Shown: piece after piece, positions 34,370-46,494 of the stretch
How the letters are laid out: each line of letters opens with the position of its first letter
Position numbering within the stretch: position 1 is the stretch's first letter
Origin: Octopus bimaculoides
Lineage: Eukaryota
Length of the DNA stretch: 46,494 nt
NCBI RefSeq assembly: GCF_001194135.2
Contig: NC_068989.1
Location: 79,975,160-80,021,653 of the forward strand
Reading direction: 5' to 3'
The notes under the pieces: generated by a model
The model's input: the letters and a program-made list of their open reading frames with translations, nothing else
What the model was told of the DNA's origin: nothing
The model's database searches: none
Made by a program: the position numbers and the translations under genes

Positions 34370-34795
34370 GTTTTTACTTTTTTTACTTGTTTAAATCATT
34401 GGATTGTGGCTATGAAGTGACGCCACCTTCTACAGCAAGATGAACAGGTTGATGTGTTTTTAACTTTCAAACCTATATTATCTTTCTCCTTTGCTGATCC
34501 GCTACATTATGTCGATATAAACAAACTAATACCATTTTTCAAGGAGTGAGTGGAGAAACACAAACAAAAATACACATAGATATAGAAACGCACACACACA
34601 TACACGCACACACACATATGTATATATATATACACGAAGAGCTTATACACACTTTCTGTCTTCCAAATTCAATCAGAAGGCAGTGTGGGACCGTTGCTTT
34701 TGTAAGAGATACTTGCGAAGATGCCGCACACCAAGACTGAACTCAAGACTTAATGATTTCAAACTGAGCTTCTTAACCACAGATCTACGCTTGCA
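34370..34795 (-). mobile_element. SINE family B, old diverged copy
   Basis: ttttacttgtttaaatcattggattgtggc... and gactgaactcaagac...cttcttaaccacag. Confidence 0.7.
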
Positions 34796-35589
34796 CCTAT
34801 ACACATATATATATATATATATATATATTGTCGTAATTTCAATTCCCGGCGACGCACACTCACACATAATGACGTATATATGAATTCGTATGTATTTGAG
34901 AGAGTGACACAGAGAGAGAGAGAGCGCGCGCGTATGTTTATTCGGTGTTCTGATTCCGATGTATCGCTTTATGTCCACTATATAAAGTGTACGTCACATA
35001 ATGAACGCTAAAATAAGCACCAGATTAAAATAACTGCTGTGTCGATAATATCAACAATAGATATTGCAGGCGATGCCCTAGTTTGGCTGCGGTCTACTAA
35101 CTAAGACCAGAGAATGAATGAATGAAAGAATATATATCCTCAGTTATACCAACCACTTTACTATAGCAATTCGCTGTTTTATGGTTCAATTGAGCAGGCA
35201 AGAATGTTAAAATGTGAAGCGATAGCTTTCTGTCTGAGAGCATCGCCTCTTTCTGTATGGGAGAAACCAGTTCTGCTTTGAACTGAGCCTAAAGATATTT
35301 GATAGAATTAGATTAGTCTCAGTGGAAATATAATTTACTTTTATAGAATAAATACAGAGCAATGTAGCCTGCAAAAACTTTTCTCTTCGTAAGAACCTTT
35401 ATAACTTTATATCATGCAATGGTCTCTGCAAAAGTATAACACCATGTTATTCTACAGAAATTAAATTTATCCTGGTTCAGAAGTTATCATTGTCATGTCT
35501 ACACATGGCCGAATCCAGACAGATTCAACGGTTTCGTTTTCTGCTCTTTATAGAAACTAGCTTTCTGAATGTTTTATGTTTGCCGTCAG

Positions 35590-35666
35590 ACTTAACTATC
35601 GAATGCAAAACGGGAGCCGCCATGTACACAATCGGCTTTATACCCTGTTCTTTTAAAATAGGACGA
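35590..35666 (+). CDS. Candidate exon (D)LTIECKTGAAMYTIGFIPCSFKIGR, or a first coding exon from the ATG at 35622
   Basis: Acceptor ttttatgtttgccgtcag, Kozak-like GCCGCCATG, and consensus donor CGA|gtaagt. Confidence 0.18.
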
Positions 35667-35669
35667 GTA

Positions 35670-35735
35670 AGTTGAATAATCCATAAGTTGAATAATCCAT
35701 AAGTTGAATAAGCCGTAATGGCTGAATAAGCCATA
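35670..35735. repeat. 16-bp minisatellite (agttgaataatccata), ~4 copies
   Basis: Read directly from the sequence. Confidence 0.85.
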
Positions 35736-35894
35736 AGATCAATTTTTCACATTCGCGTCCACAAATAAAGGATAAATGCGCTTACACAATTAAATGCTTT
35801 CATTATTCATTATTTTTAAAGTATTTTCAGGTGACGGAGATGTATTAGTAGCTTTTCTTTTTTTTAATTCATGTATCCTTGGAAAGCTAACATA

Positions 35895-36020
35895 GCCAGC
35901 CTTAATTAGACAAACTCCGTTTGTGGCTTCAGGTTCAGTCCCACAATGCGACAATTTATCATAGACCAAGACCAACTGATGCCTTGTGGGTGGATTTCTT
36001 GAACTGTAACTGATAGAAAC
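35895..36020 (+). mobile_element. SINE family B, 5' remnant
   Basis: caggttcagtcccacaatgcgac...gccttgtgggtggattt. Confidence 0.65.
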
Positions 36021-36285
36021 CCATGTACGTTTTCCTGGCTAAAACGTTAAAGGCATTTTTGATATCAAGCTACTTTTCTTTGCATCTCACCTCGTTCAAA
36101 TTTTTCAGATTTAATGCGATTCTCTTCAAAATGAACGAAAACACTGTGCATTTTTTTCTCCATGATGCTTTGCGTTTGTTTATATTTTCTGGGTTTAATG
36201 TGGTTCTCTCTAAAATGCTCGGACTTATTCAGTATATTGTTTCACCACAATTAAAAATGAATTGCAATTATTTTCTTTTATTTGT

Positions 36286-36489
36286 TTACTCTTTTACTTG
36301 TTTTAGTCATGCGGCCATGCTGGAGCACCGCCTTAAAGGATTTTAGTCGAACAAATCGAACCCAGGACTCATTTCTTGTAAGCCTAGTACTTATTCTATC
36401 GGACTGTTTTGCCGAACTGCTAAGCTACGAGAACATAAACACAACATCGGTTGTCAAGTGATCGTAAGGGGGACAGACAGACACACACA

Positions 36490-36533
<44 letters not shown>

Positions 36534-36553
36534 NNNNNNNNNNNNNNNNNNNN

Positions 36554-36586
<33 letters not shown>

Positions 36587-36748
36587 ACGACGAGCGCCTT
36601 TCAGTTTCTGACTACCAAATCCACTTACAAGGCTTTGGTCGGACCGAGGCTATAGTAGAAGACACTTGCCGAAGCTCCCATGCAGTGGGACTGAACCTGG
36701 AATCATGTGATTGGGAAGCAAGATTCTTATCACACATAGACTGCGCCT
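36286..36748 (-). mobile_element. SINE family B, near full length
   Basis: cttttacttgttttagtcatgcggccatgctggagcaccgcc...gcagtgggactgaacctggaatcatgtgattgggaagc. Confidence 0.9.
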
Positions 36749-37184
36749 ACAACTTTCCACATAAATACTACCCTTTTATTATATAAGGTTTAAAGCAGAC
36801 TTTGTATTTTACCCTCAGCTTGTAGACAAGTCTTTTTGCAAATTATAGCAGCTCTTGAGGCAGATGTTTTGGAATACTTCCCGTTTCCATTTAACTACAA
36901 GGCCTGTTCTTTTACAGTCTCCTATATCCCAAGAGGTCTATTCTTATAAAACCTTAAAATTTAGCAAAGGCCCTTCTGTTGTAAACGCTCCAATTGGTTG
37001 TCATATTTTAAATATAATGCCCATGTTTACATCCATATAGCAAGATGGACAAATCACATGATTGAAAATAGATATTTTCGTGTAAAAAATACTTATTATT
37101 CACACATTAGTGAAGTTTAGGATTTTCTTAATTATATCCATAATTTCATTTCAGTTTATTATTTATTAGTTAAATAAAGCGGCA

Positions 37185-37600
37185 AACTGGAAGAGTTGTC
37201 ATTGTGCCAGATTAGATGCTTAACTGCGTGAATTCCGACTTTACGTTCTGATTTCAAGTTTCTCCGTGGTCGACTTTGTCTTTTATCCTTACGGGGTCGA
37301 TAAAATAAATAACAATCGAAGACAAGGATCGACATAATCAACTAACCCCTCCCCCGAAATTGCTGGCCTTGTGCCAAAGCATGAAACCATTAATTAGTTA
37401 AATAAGGCAACGAGTTGGTAGATTTATTACCGCGCCAGATTAAATGCTTAGCTGCTTTTCTTCCGTTCTGAGTTCAAATTTAGTCAAGGACGACTTTGAC
37501 TAAAATAAGTACCAGTTGAGATCTAAGTCGATGTAACCGATTAACCAGCACCTCACACAACATTTCAGACATTGTGCCTATAGTAGAAAGGATTGCTAAT
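37185..37600 (+). mobile_element. Two decayed SINE family A copies
   Basis: ttacgttctgatttcaagtttctccgtggtcgactttg and ccgttctgagttcaaatttagtc...aagtaccag. Confidence 0.75.
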
Positions 37601-37757
37601 TAGCTAAATAATTAAATACGTAATTGATAAATAATCCAATGAATTTATAAATTAATTCACTCAGTAGTCCATTAAAAGATTATATTGGAATAATTAATAC
37701 TTTTGTTAAAATTCTTAAATCCCAACTTGTGACATTATCGCTAATGATGAGGCCGTA

Positions 37758-38275
37758 AAGGTGCGTGTCCTAGTGGTTAAGGCATTCAGCGCAAGATCAT
37801 AAGGTCGTGAGTTCGATTCCTGGTAGCATGCCGTGTCCTTGAGCAAGACACTTTATTTCACGATGCTCCAGTCGGCTCAGCTGGCAAAAATGAGTTGTAC
37901 CTCTAATTCAAAGGACCAGCCATGTCACATCCTGTGCCAAGCAGAATCTTCCTGAGAACTACTCATTTATGAGAGAATTTGGTTGAGAAAAATTGTGCGG
38001 AAGCTCATCGTTTATGTGTGTGTCTGTGTGTGTATGCGTGCATGTGTGTTTGTCTTTGTGTCAGTGTTTGCCCTCCACTCACAGTGCTTGACAACATGTG
38101 TTGGTTTGTTTACCAGTACAGCTTTGATTACGGTCCCGTAACCCAGCAGTTCGGCCTTTGTATAGAACAAGTACCAGACTTAAAAAATAAGTACCGGGTA
38201 GATCTATTCGACTGAAACCCTTCAAAGCAGTGCCTCATTATGGCTTTAGTTTTTCTGACTGAAATTAATAAAAGG
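37758..38275 (+). mobile_element. tRNA-derived SINE family C, near full length
   Basis: A box tagtggttaagg (37771-37782), B box gagttcgattcc (37809-37820), then gtgtccttgagcaagacact. The 3' part resembles the family B tail. Confidence 0.82.
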
Positions 38276-38907
38276 AACAAAGATTTTTAAAAAATAATAA
38301 TAATAATTGCATATTACACAATTAGGTTAGGAGTTTAGGTTAAGAGCGCTACGAAACGGAGATCATCTGTAACAATGCAACTCGTTTTCTCTATCTTTCT
38401 ATTTCTGTATCACAGAATTTCATATTTATATATTTATACTTTACAAACAAATAAGAATCTGTAGCACAGGAACTAATATTTATATACTTATACTTCACAA
38501 ACAAATAAAAGTCTGGCGAAGCGAATTCGTATATGCAAATCACATATCACCATTGTATTAGAGATCTACATCCTACAAAAGTACCATAGAAATGATAAAA
38601 TACGAAATTTAAAACAACATATGTGTCAGTAGAGAAAACAATCATTGTACAGTTATTTCCTATCTTAATTATCTCCCTTATAGTTCCGAAAGTTTCAAAT
38701 AAATAAATAAACGTAAGCATACATACATTTATTATACAGAAACGCATGCGCATTTATTTATTGAACAGAATTGACTGTGAGACATTGTCCTTTATAAGTA
38801 CAGGTAGCTCCACACTTACGGGTATACATATAATGTTTGACATATACTGCAAGAAAGTTATGTAATTACCGTTAAATCCTTAAATATCTGACTCCTAGCT
38901 AGCCTTT

Positions 38908-38966
<59 letters not shown>

Positions 38967-39023
38967 CTTTTATCTTTCAACCTCACTTGTGTCATGTACA
39001 TTGTGGAAATATTTTCTGATCAG

Positions 39024-39059
39024 CTTGAGGTGTTGTGCAAGCGTTTTGCACAATGGCTG
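39024..39059 (+). CDS. Candidate 36-nt symmetric micro-exon (LEVLCKRFAQWL or LRCCASVLHNG)
   Basis: Acceptor attttctgatcag and donor CTG|gtgagg. Confidence 0.13.
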
Positions 39060-39323
39060 GTGAGGCAACTTTCCGATGCCTATTCGACAAAGAGGGCGAT
39101 ACAAAGAGNNNNNNNNNNNNNNNNNNNNNNNNNNNNNNNNNNNNNNNNNNNNNNNNNNNNNNNNNNNNNNNNNNNNNNNNNNNNNNNNNNNNNNNNNNNN
39201 NNNNNNNNNNNNNNNNNNNNNNNNNNNNNNNNNNNNNNNNNNNNNNNNNNNNNNNNNNNNNNNNNNNNNNNNNNNNNNNNNNNNNNNNNNNNNNNNNNNN
39301 NNNNNNNNNNNNNNNNNNNNNNN

Positions 39324-39361
<38 letters not shown>

Positions 39362-39429
39362 TGTGTGTGTGTATGTGTGTGTGTGTGTGCGTGTGTGTGT
39401 GTGTGTGTGTTAGTTTGTGTGTGAGAGAT

Positions 39430-39472
<43 letters not shown>

Positions 39473-39479
39473 ACTTTCA

Positions 39480-39900
39480 AGTGCTATTAGTAACATGTAA
39501 CCCAGTACAACCTGTTGCATGGTCAGGTTGTCGGCGATTAAACTATCATCCCCACCAAGCTTCCTTGGTTAGGAGAGCGATTTGGACACTCTATCAAAAC
39601 CCGTTAAAGGTTTGAGGAGCTCATAAGAGTCAACGGTCATCCAATAGTGTGTATATAGAGGAGTTAACCTCAATGACGAGCCATGGTCAATGCGACATCA
39701 TGGGAAGCAGCATGGTGGATGTGAACTTTGGCGTATTGATCTGCACTCGGCATATGTTCTTTATTCGTCGAAATTAAATGACTGTCGGGATGAAAGAGCT
39801 CTTGCAGCCAACAGCCAGTCTAGGTTCAAGCAGTTGATAGAAATGGCGATTCATCAACTCACTGTAATTAGTTGGAAAACATTATGGAGTTATGAACCTC
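39480..39900 (-). mobile_element. Probable decayed LINE (CR1/L2/Jockey-like) RT fragments
   Basis: Minus-strand pieces GFDRVSK (compare AFDRVWH) and LEPRLAVGCKSSF (compare L-x-HRR-x-VGC-x-SLF), broken by stops. Confidence 0.4.
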
Positions 39901-40000
39901 ATAGTGTCATCAACTGCAGTTTTCCGCCTAGAGGAGAGAGAGAGAGAGGAGGAGAGAGAGAGAGAGGAGGAGAGAGAGAGAGAGGAGGGGNNNNNNNNNN

Positions 40001-40053
<53 letters not shown>

Positions 40054-40870
40054 TGAATGCAATGTGATATTAATTAGATGACTAATTTGTAGATCTGTGA
40101 TCTCTATAACCATGCTTTTTAGATTAAATGCCACAATATATTTAAATAATCATTTTGAAAAAACTTAAGCCATCTACCTTTGAAGTAGTTTTAATATAAA
40201 GACTTAGCACTTTAGCTGCCTTTATTGGATTTTACTCTGTTGCAATTACTAGGGCCAGATCCTTCCCTTCCATTAGTCTTTCGGGTAGTCAATAGATCAT
40301 CGATACTGCCTTTCTTTCTGACTATAAAATAATACAAAATTGAACCAATCAGCCGCAGAGACAAATCTAAGTTAAGCTAATTCCTTCAAACATGGTATAT
40401 TTTAATACAAAGTGACACAACGTACATATAGGAAATAGTATTTTAACCGGAGAGTATGAAGATGATAATATTCTAAGTCTAGATATTTTCGTTGGTTATC
40501 TTTCTTTTCTTTCTTTTTTTTTTTCTTTTTTTGGTTTCGGAAACAAAATCCTGATAAAATGTGGTGTCGAAGCTATTAGCTTTCTATGACTTCATTGCTA
40601 CCTGTAGTTTTCTTTCCGTTGACAAACCATCGACTAAAACATTTCCATAATTCAAATTCTCCAAAAGTTTAATCAGTACCGAACCTTGTTATATATGCAT
40701 AACAGAACAAACAATCATCAGTGATCAAGAAAGGACTATGTAGTCGAAACAAAAGCAGCTTTCAATCAGATAATTAAGCTTCCGTTCATAGCACAACATG
40801 GCAAGAATATAATTTCTATCCTAGACAAGGAATAATGAACCGGAAGTGGTTCGAAATATTCTGTAATAAC

Positions 40871-40987
40871 CTAAGACGATATTCAATTTGCTTTTAATAA
40901 AGTCTGGTAGATAGCACTGCACATTCGTAGGTTTTCTATAATCCAATGTTGCACAGATGACAGATGTCTCATAATAATGGCTACCAT
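40871..40987 (-). CDS. Candidate 117-nt phase 1-1 exon (D)GSHYYETSVICATLDYRKPTNVQCYLPDFIKSKLNIVL
   Basis: Strong acceptor gcttcatcttcttag; frame open for more than 50 codons; weak donor TAG|gttatt. Confidence 0.18.
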
Positions 40988-41029
40988 CTAAGAAGATGAA
41001 GCAATTACTCATGATCATATACATGCACA

Positions 41030-41095
<66 letters not shown>

Positions 41096-41529
41096 NNNNN
41101 NNNNNNNNNNNNNNNNNNNNNNNNNNNNNNNNNNNNNNNNNNNNNNNNNNNNNNNNNNNNNNNNNNNNNNNNNNNNNNNNNNNNNNNNNNNNNNNNNNNN
41201 NNNNNNNNNNNNNNNNNNNNNNNNNNNNNNNNNNNNNNNNNNNNNNNNNNNNNNNNNNNNNNNNNNNNNNNNNNNNNNNNNNNNNNNNNNNNNNNNNNNN
41301 NNNNNNNNNNNNNNNNNNNNNNNNNNNNNNNNNNNNNNNNNNNNNNTATATATATATATATATATATTATTATCATTATTATTATTATTATTATTTTACG
41401 CATTTTAGAAAAATGTAATTATCAATAGAACTTCCTTAAGAAGTCAAAATATAGGGTAATCACATTTAGTTGTCCAAAACCTTGTTCAATCCCTTGCATG
41501 ATCAAGGTAGCTGTGAATATTGATTTCAA

Positions 41530-41635
41530 ATTTTGGGACAAGGCCAGCAATTTCAGGCGAGGGAGTAAGTCGATTACGTCGCCCCAAGTGCACAACTGGT
41601 AATTATTTCATCTACTCCGAAAAAGTGAAAGGAGC
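41530..41635 (-). mobile_element. SINE family A-like 3' remnant
   Basis: cacaaggccagcaatttc-like start, gtcgattac and actggtaattatttcatc match the reversed tail. Confidence 0.6.
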
Positions 41636-42794
41636 CTGTGAACATTAACACCAATTCAGTAAACAAACCATCTATTCCGGAATGCCTAAACTGAGGAGGT
41701 CAACGGTGGGACTTGGATGGTGACGGGCAATAAATACAATGCGGTGATAACTGATTGTTGAGATGAGAAAGTAGGTGTGCGAGAGAAAGAGAGATTGTAA
41801 TAGATGCAGAGATATGTCTTACATTAAGAAACTCAACTTTGCTCAGACTAGCTCATGTATTGATCAATATATATAAATGCAAAGAGGAATTTAATATCAT
41901 CTTCTGTTCCATTTCTCTTCCATTCGTCTAGCATGCGGTGCCCTCATGTAATTTACGTATCGTATTTCAAATGGTCGAAACTTAGTTTAATTTATAATGA
42001 GGTGGGACTTTATTTTTAAGGTTTAAGTTTATCTCTATAAATTTTCTACAGAATTCAGAGCCAACACTACATGTTACGAAGCATCTTATACAGAAAAAAA
42101 CATCATATGCATGCATATTTTCTACCAAGATTTTGTGGGGAGCATTATACAACGTTATTTTTCTATTTCTATTTTTCCATTAGTGTAGGCCTTACTAAAG
42201 ATTTTCCCATGTGTGCGATGATATATTGTTCTCTTTAAATCTGCCATTTACATTTTAGCTTACGTTTTCGACTTCCTTTACGAGAATGGTTAAATAGTAT
42301 TCCAGTGTTCTTGAGATGCCATAATATTAAAATGCATTGTCTTTAAAATAGAATTCCATAATAAAAAAGTTAAAAGAAAACTATTCCTTTTCATACTCCG
42401 GTACAAATCAAAACAAACATCGTTTTAAATATTCAAACTTTTTACATTCAGACCTGTACATTTTTGCTTGTCTTATTTTTGCGTAGTGACGTTATTTCCC
42501 TGTAAGGTCCTGTTTATAGTTTCTACTCGACTATAATTTTAAATAATATATTCCAGAAGAAAAGCGAAGAGGCTTTCGAAATAATCACTATGCATCTATC
42601 TTCAGAGAATAGAAACATTCATTCCATATCCAATATTTTATCGAAAATGAACACGCATAAATATATAGGTATACGCTTATGTGTGTGAATATTTGCGCGC
42701 CTGCGCGTGTGTATGCGCGTGTGTATGCGCGTGTGTATGCGCGTGTGTGTGCGTGTGTATATGTATGTATGTGCGTATCTGCATGTATCTAAGT

Positions 42795-43110
42795 TTCTAT
42801 GTATACGTTTCTATGTATACATGAATACGGGTATAAATAAATATACATATACATACATCCTTACATAAAAGCATAGTTACACACATATACTAAAAAAAAT
42901 ACAAACGCACACACACACACATTTATAAATGTGTTTATTTATTGAAAATGGACACATATAAATATGTTAGTATACGTTTGTATATTTGTGTGTGTACTTG
43001 TGCGTGTGTGTTTGCATTTGTTTCCATGTATACATGAATATGTATATTTGACTGTATATATAAATAAATTTGTATTTACATACATCCTTACATAAAAGCA
43101 TACACATATA
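42795..43110. repeat. Low-complexity direct repeat of ~75-90 bp (42795-42870 and 43020-43110)
   Basis: tatgtatacatgaata...tacatacatccttacataaaagcata occurs twice. Confidence 0.8.
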
Positions 43111-44954
43111 CATATGTACATGCATACATACATGCATTTGTGCGTACGTGTTTGAGTTCGTATGTGTGTGTGTGAGTGCGTATAGAAAAATTATCACGGG
43201 GAATAGACCAAGATCTAAACACACAGGACACGATATAAACAAGATAACCATGCTATTGAATTAGCAATTGACTGAAAATCACAATCTCGGTGCATTTGAT
43301 CAGGGCACCTAGGATCGCATCTGGAACAGTTAACAACACTATACAATAATAAACGAAATTTTGCGTAGGATGAATTTACGAATGATATTAAAACAGTGGA
43401 ACCTTTCTACGAGAGAGATATTGAACAGTAATTTTTATCAATGAAATAGATAGTTACCTGGACCTTCAGTCAACAGGTGTTGCTTATCATGTATCTACCT
43501 GATGTATGTTCTGCTTGCTGTCCGTGCTGAATTCTTCTACTTGAAGGTGACATCAGGCAAAAAAAGAGTGAGAAAATCATCCAGATTTATATATATCTTT
43601 TAGCGGCCATCATATATATTATATTCTTCTTTTCAGTTTTTTCCTCTATTCGCCTTTCATTCTCTTTTCTTTTCTTCTAGCTCTAGACTCTTCTCCATCT
43701 CCAACCCTTAAATATTCAATTTTAACTTGCCCACATTGTCTTTCGTTTTCCCATAATTCTAATTTTACTGTCTGTCATGCATTGTTCGTTTTCATTTCTT
43801 ATGTGTTTATTGATCACTTCATTCTTCATCCTCTCGTTTTTTCGTCTCAAATATCTAGCTGCCTACATCCATTTCCTTTTAGTGTTACTCTGTACAATTG
43901 TCTCATGATCATTGTTATTCATTTCCTTTCTGGCTGAAAGATATGAGAATTCAGTACCCTTTGTAACTTTGTCCCGTATTCTGATAATAGAGACATCAAG
44001 CTATTCATTCGCTCGACGTCTTTGATGATAGAGACATCGAGCGATTCTCTTGTTTCAATTGTCATCGTGTTCGGGCGCAATGATGTTCAGCAAAAATTCT
44101 GTTGATTAAGGTACGAAAGCTGACGTGGAATTCAAGCAAAGGCTGATCAAATGGTATGGTTTATATCGCATTGTTTATGTCGTACCCTATGTGTGTTTAC
44201 ATGTCCACTCTTAATTTTACTTGAATGCAATAGTTACGCAATGCACTTTCTATCCTTATCTCACTCACTCTCTATCTATCTCTCTTTGAGTCTCTCTCTG
44301 TTTCAGCCAAACCACTCTCTTTTTCTTTCTCTACATATACCTCCCTTTCCAGCTATCTTCCACACTCTCCCTCTCGCTCCTTCCTACCTCCCTCTCTCCT
44401 TTTCTCATTCACTCTCCATCGTCCTTGCTGTATATATATATATATATNNNNNNNNNNNNNNNNNNNNNNNNNNNNNNNNNNNNNNNNNNNNNNNNNNNNN
44501 NNNNNNNNNNNNNNNNNNNNNNNNNNNNNNNNNNNNNNNNNNNNNNNNNNNNNNNNNNNNNNNNNNNNNNNNNNNNNNNNNNNNNNNNNNNNNNNNNNNN
44601 NNNNNNNNNNNNNNNNNNNNNNNNNNNNNNNNNNNNNNNNNNNNNNNNNNNNNNNNNNNNNNNNNNNNNNNNNNNNNNNNNNNNNNNNNNNNNNNNNNNN
44701 NNNNNNNNNNNNNNNNNNNNNNNNNNNNNNNNNNNNNNNNNNNNNNNNNNNNNNNNNNNNNNNNNNNNNNNNNNNNNNNNNNNNNNNNNNNNNNNNNNNN
44801 NNNNNNNNNNNNNNNNNNNNNNNNNNNNNNNNNNNNNNNNNNNNNNNNNNNNNNNNNNNNNNNNNNNNNNNNNNNNNNNNNNNNNNNNNNNNNNNNNNNN
44901 NNNNNNNNNNNNNNNNNNNNNNNNNNNNNNNNNNNNNATATATATATATATATA

Positions 44955-45713
44955 CGAGGTGGTATCAAATAGTTACCAGACTAGTTGCGTAGCGCGCCAA
45001 CAGATGGCAGCAGACGCTTGTCCAGTCAGAGCTAGCAATGACCTTCATGAGGCAATGTCCTCGTGACATTGCTGCGTTTACGTCGTAAGTCGTGAAATTC
45101 GTGCTTTTCTGAAAACCTGCATGCTGTAGTCTGCGATTTTGTCATCGACAGCAAGAAAGAGCGAACATGAAATGTTGCTGTAAACTTGGGAAGTCTGTTA
45201 CAGAGACATTGAGCATACTTCAGCGACGAGGGAATGGGTCGTACTCAATGTTTTGAGTGGCACTACTCTTTCGAAAGCAGCAGAATGTCCCTGGAAGTCG
45301 ATGAATGATCTGGAAGACCCGCCACGGGTGTCAACGCCGGAAATGTGGCATTGTACATCGCCAATTCATGTTTGAGGGCCAGACCACCAATCGAGAGTTG
45401 TACTGCGACATTTGGAAGCCTTTCAGAGAGGACGTGCGGCAAAAGCGACCGGATCTATGGAGTGCAAAGAATTAGATTCTTCACTGAACACTCTTCATTG
45501 GTATTTTTCTCGCCGAAATCAACATGGTATCACTTCCAGACCCGCCTTATTCGCCAAAATATTGACTTGCAGATTTCCATCCCTTCCCAAAGATGAAAAT
45601 ACAGCTCGATGGTCACCATTCTAACACCGTTGTCGAAATCCAAGATGAATCGCAAAAGGTCCTCGACTAGTTTACGGAAAACGATTTCCAAGCCTGATTC
45701 GAAAAGTGGCAGG

Positions 45714-45716
<3 letters not shown>
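44955..45716 (+). mobile_element. Mariner DNA transposon remnant with decayed, internally deleted transposase
   Basis: End ta|cgaggtggtatcaaa. N-terminal QERANMKCCCKLGKSVTETLSILQ..DEGMGRTQCFEWH..FE..RMSLEVDE*SGRP; C-terminal PPYSP..LADFHPFPKMKIQL.GHH..TVVEIQ (YSPDL motif region). Confidence 0.9.
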
Positions 45717-45758
<42 letters not shown>

Positions 45759-45759
45759 C

Positions 45760-45875
45760 GTGTTTCATGCGATTGCGGCCATGCTGGGGTACCGCTTAGT
45801 CACGAAGATGAAAACTCACCAATATCGGTTATCAAGTTGAGGTGGGGAGCAAACACAGACACAGACCCGCATATA
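45760..45875 (-). mobile_element. SINE family B, 3' fragment
   Basis: gattgcggccatgctggggtaccgc...ttatcaagttgaggtggggagcaaacacagacac. Confidence 0.7.
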
Positions 45876-46444
45876 ATGCTTATGTCTTCAAGCTCGTAAT
45901 ACCCATATTCATATGTAGCGTCATATAAATGAATTACACTTATCTATAATAGTTTGTACATCATTGTCTCTTACCCTTCTGCGCATGTGTGTGTGTGTGC
46001 GTACGTGCGTGTTANNNNNNNNNNATATATAATGTACATTTCTATACTCACGCACATTAATCATCTTTATCATCCACTCCAAAACTTTATTTCTTGAAAC
46101 TACAAGTCTCCTTAAGTAAAATATATAGACAGGCTATTAGTAAATGAAACACTCAAAGCCAAGAAACTGTAAGCTACGTATATTCACAAGTGTATGCAAT
46201 ACAATTTACAAAGCACTAGATACCATTTCTTGGTGCAATATTATATAAGTACACACACCCGCGCGCATACACGTACACACACAGAAACACATACATAGAA
46301 ACGCACACATACGCACGTATATATATATGTGTGTGTGTGTGTATGCATATATAGAATAGATTTATGTAAACACACATGTGAATGTATACATATGTATCTA
46401 TCTTTCAATCTTCCTATCTATACACACTCACACATGCATACATA

Positions 46445-46494
<50 letters not shown>

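Noticed and set aside
37758-37830. tRNA-like sequence with A and B boxes
   Set aside because: It is a SINE head; it continues into SINE body and I could not fold a proper cloverleaf.
610-44972. Long ORFs in the supplied track rich in X, IY, CV, HT or I runs
   Set aside because: They are translations of N-gaps and microsatellites, not genes.
10274-45875. Strand bias of SINEs (family A arrays on plus, family B mostly on minus)
   Set aside because: Too few copies, and the two families point in opposite directions, so it says nothing reliable about host transcription.

Overview
AT-rich, microsatellite-dense animal genomic DNA from a gapped assembly: seven long N-gaps and several 10-20 N gaps, nearly all flanked by (AT)n/(GT)n. 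The tRNA-derived SINE families resemble those I know from octopus, so a cephalopod source is likely (inference, not verified). I found no protein-coding gene that I can identify with confidence. Nearly all supplied ORFs are microsatellite, gap or repeat translations. Well supported content: three SINE families, including multimeric arrays with target-site duplications; Penelope-like RT and GIY-YIG remnants; RTE-like LINE fragments with decayed C2H2 fingers; a decayed mariner transposase; two Tc1/mariner-type non-autonomous elements; several long inverted repeats; and old local duplications. The main hypothesis to test is a small spliced minus-strand gene (5376 to 4188) next to a promoter-like motif cluster, inside an old ~3.3 kb-offset duplication with a possible paralogue to its right. 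All exon calls are by-eye splice-site readings with low confidence. Repeat boundaries and percent identities are by-eye estimates.
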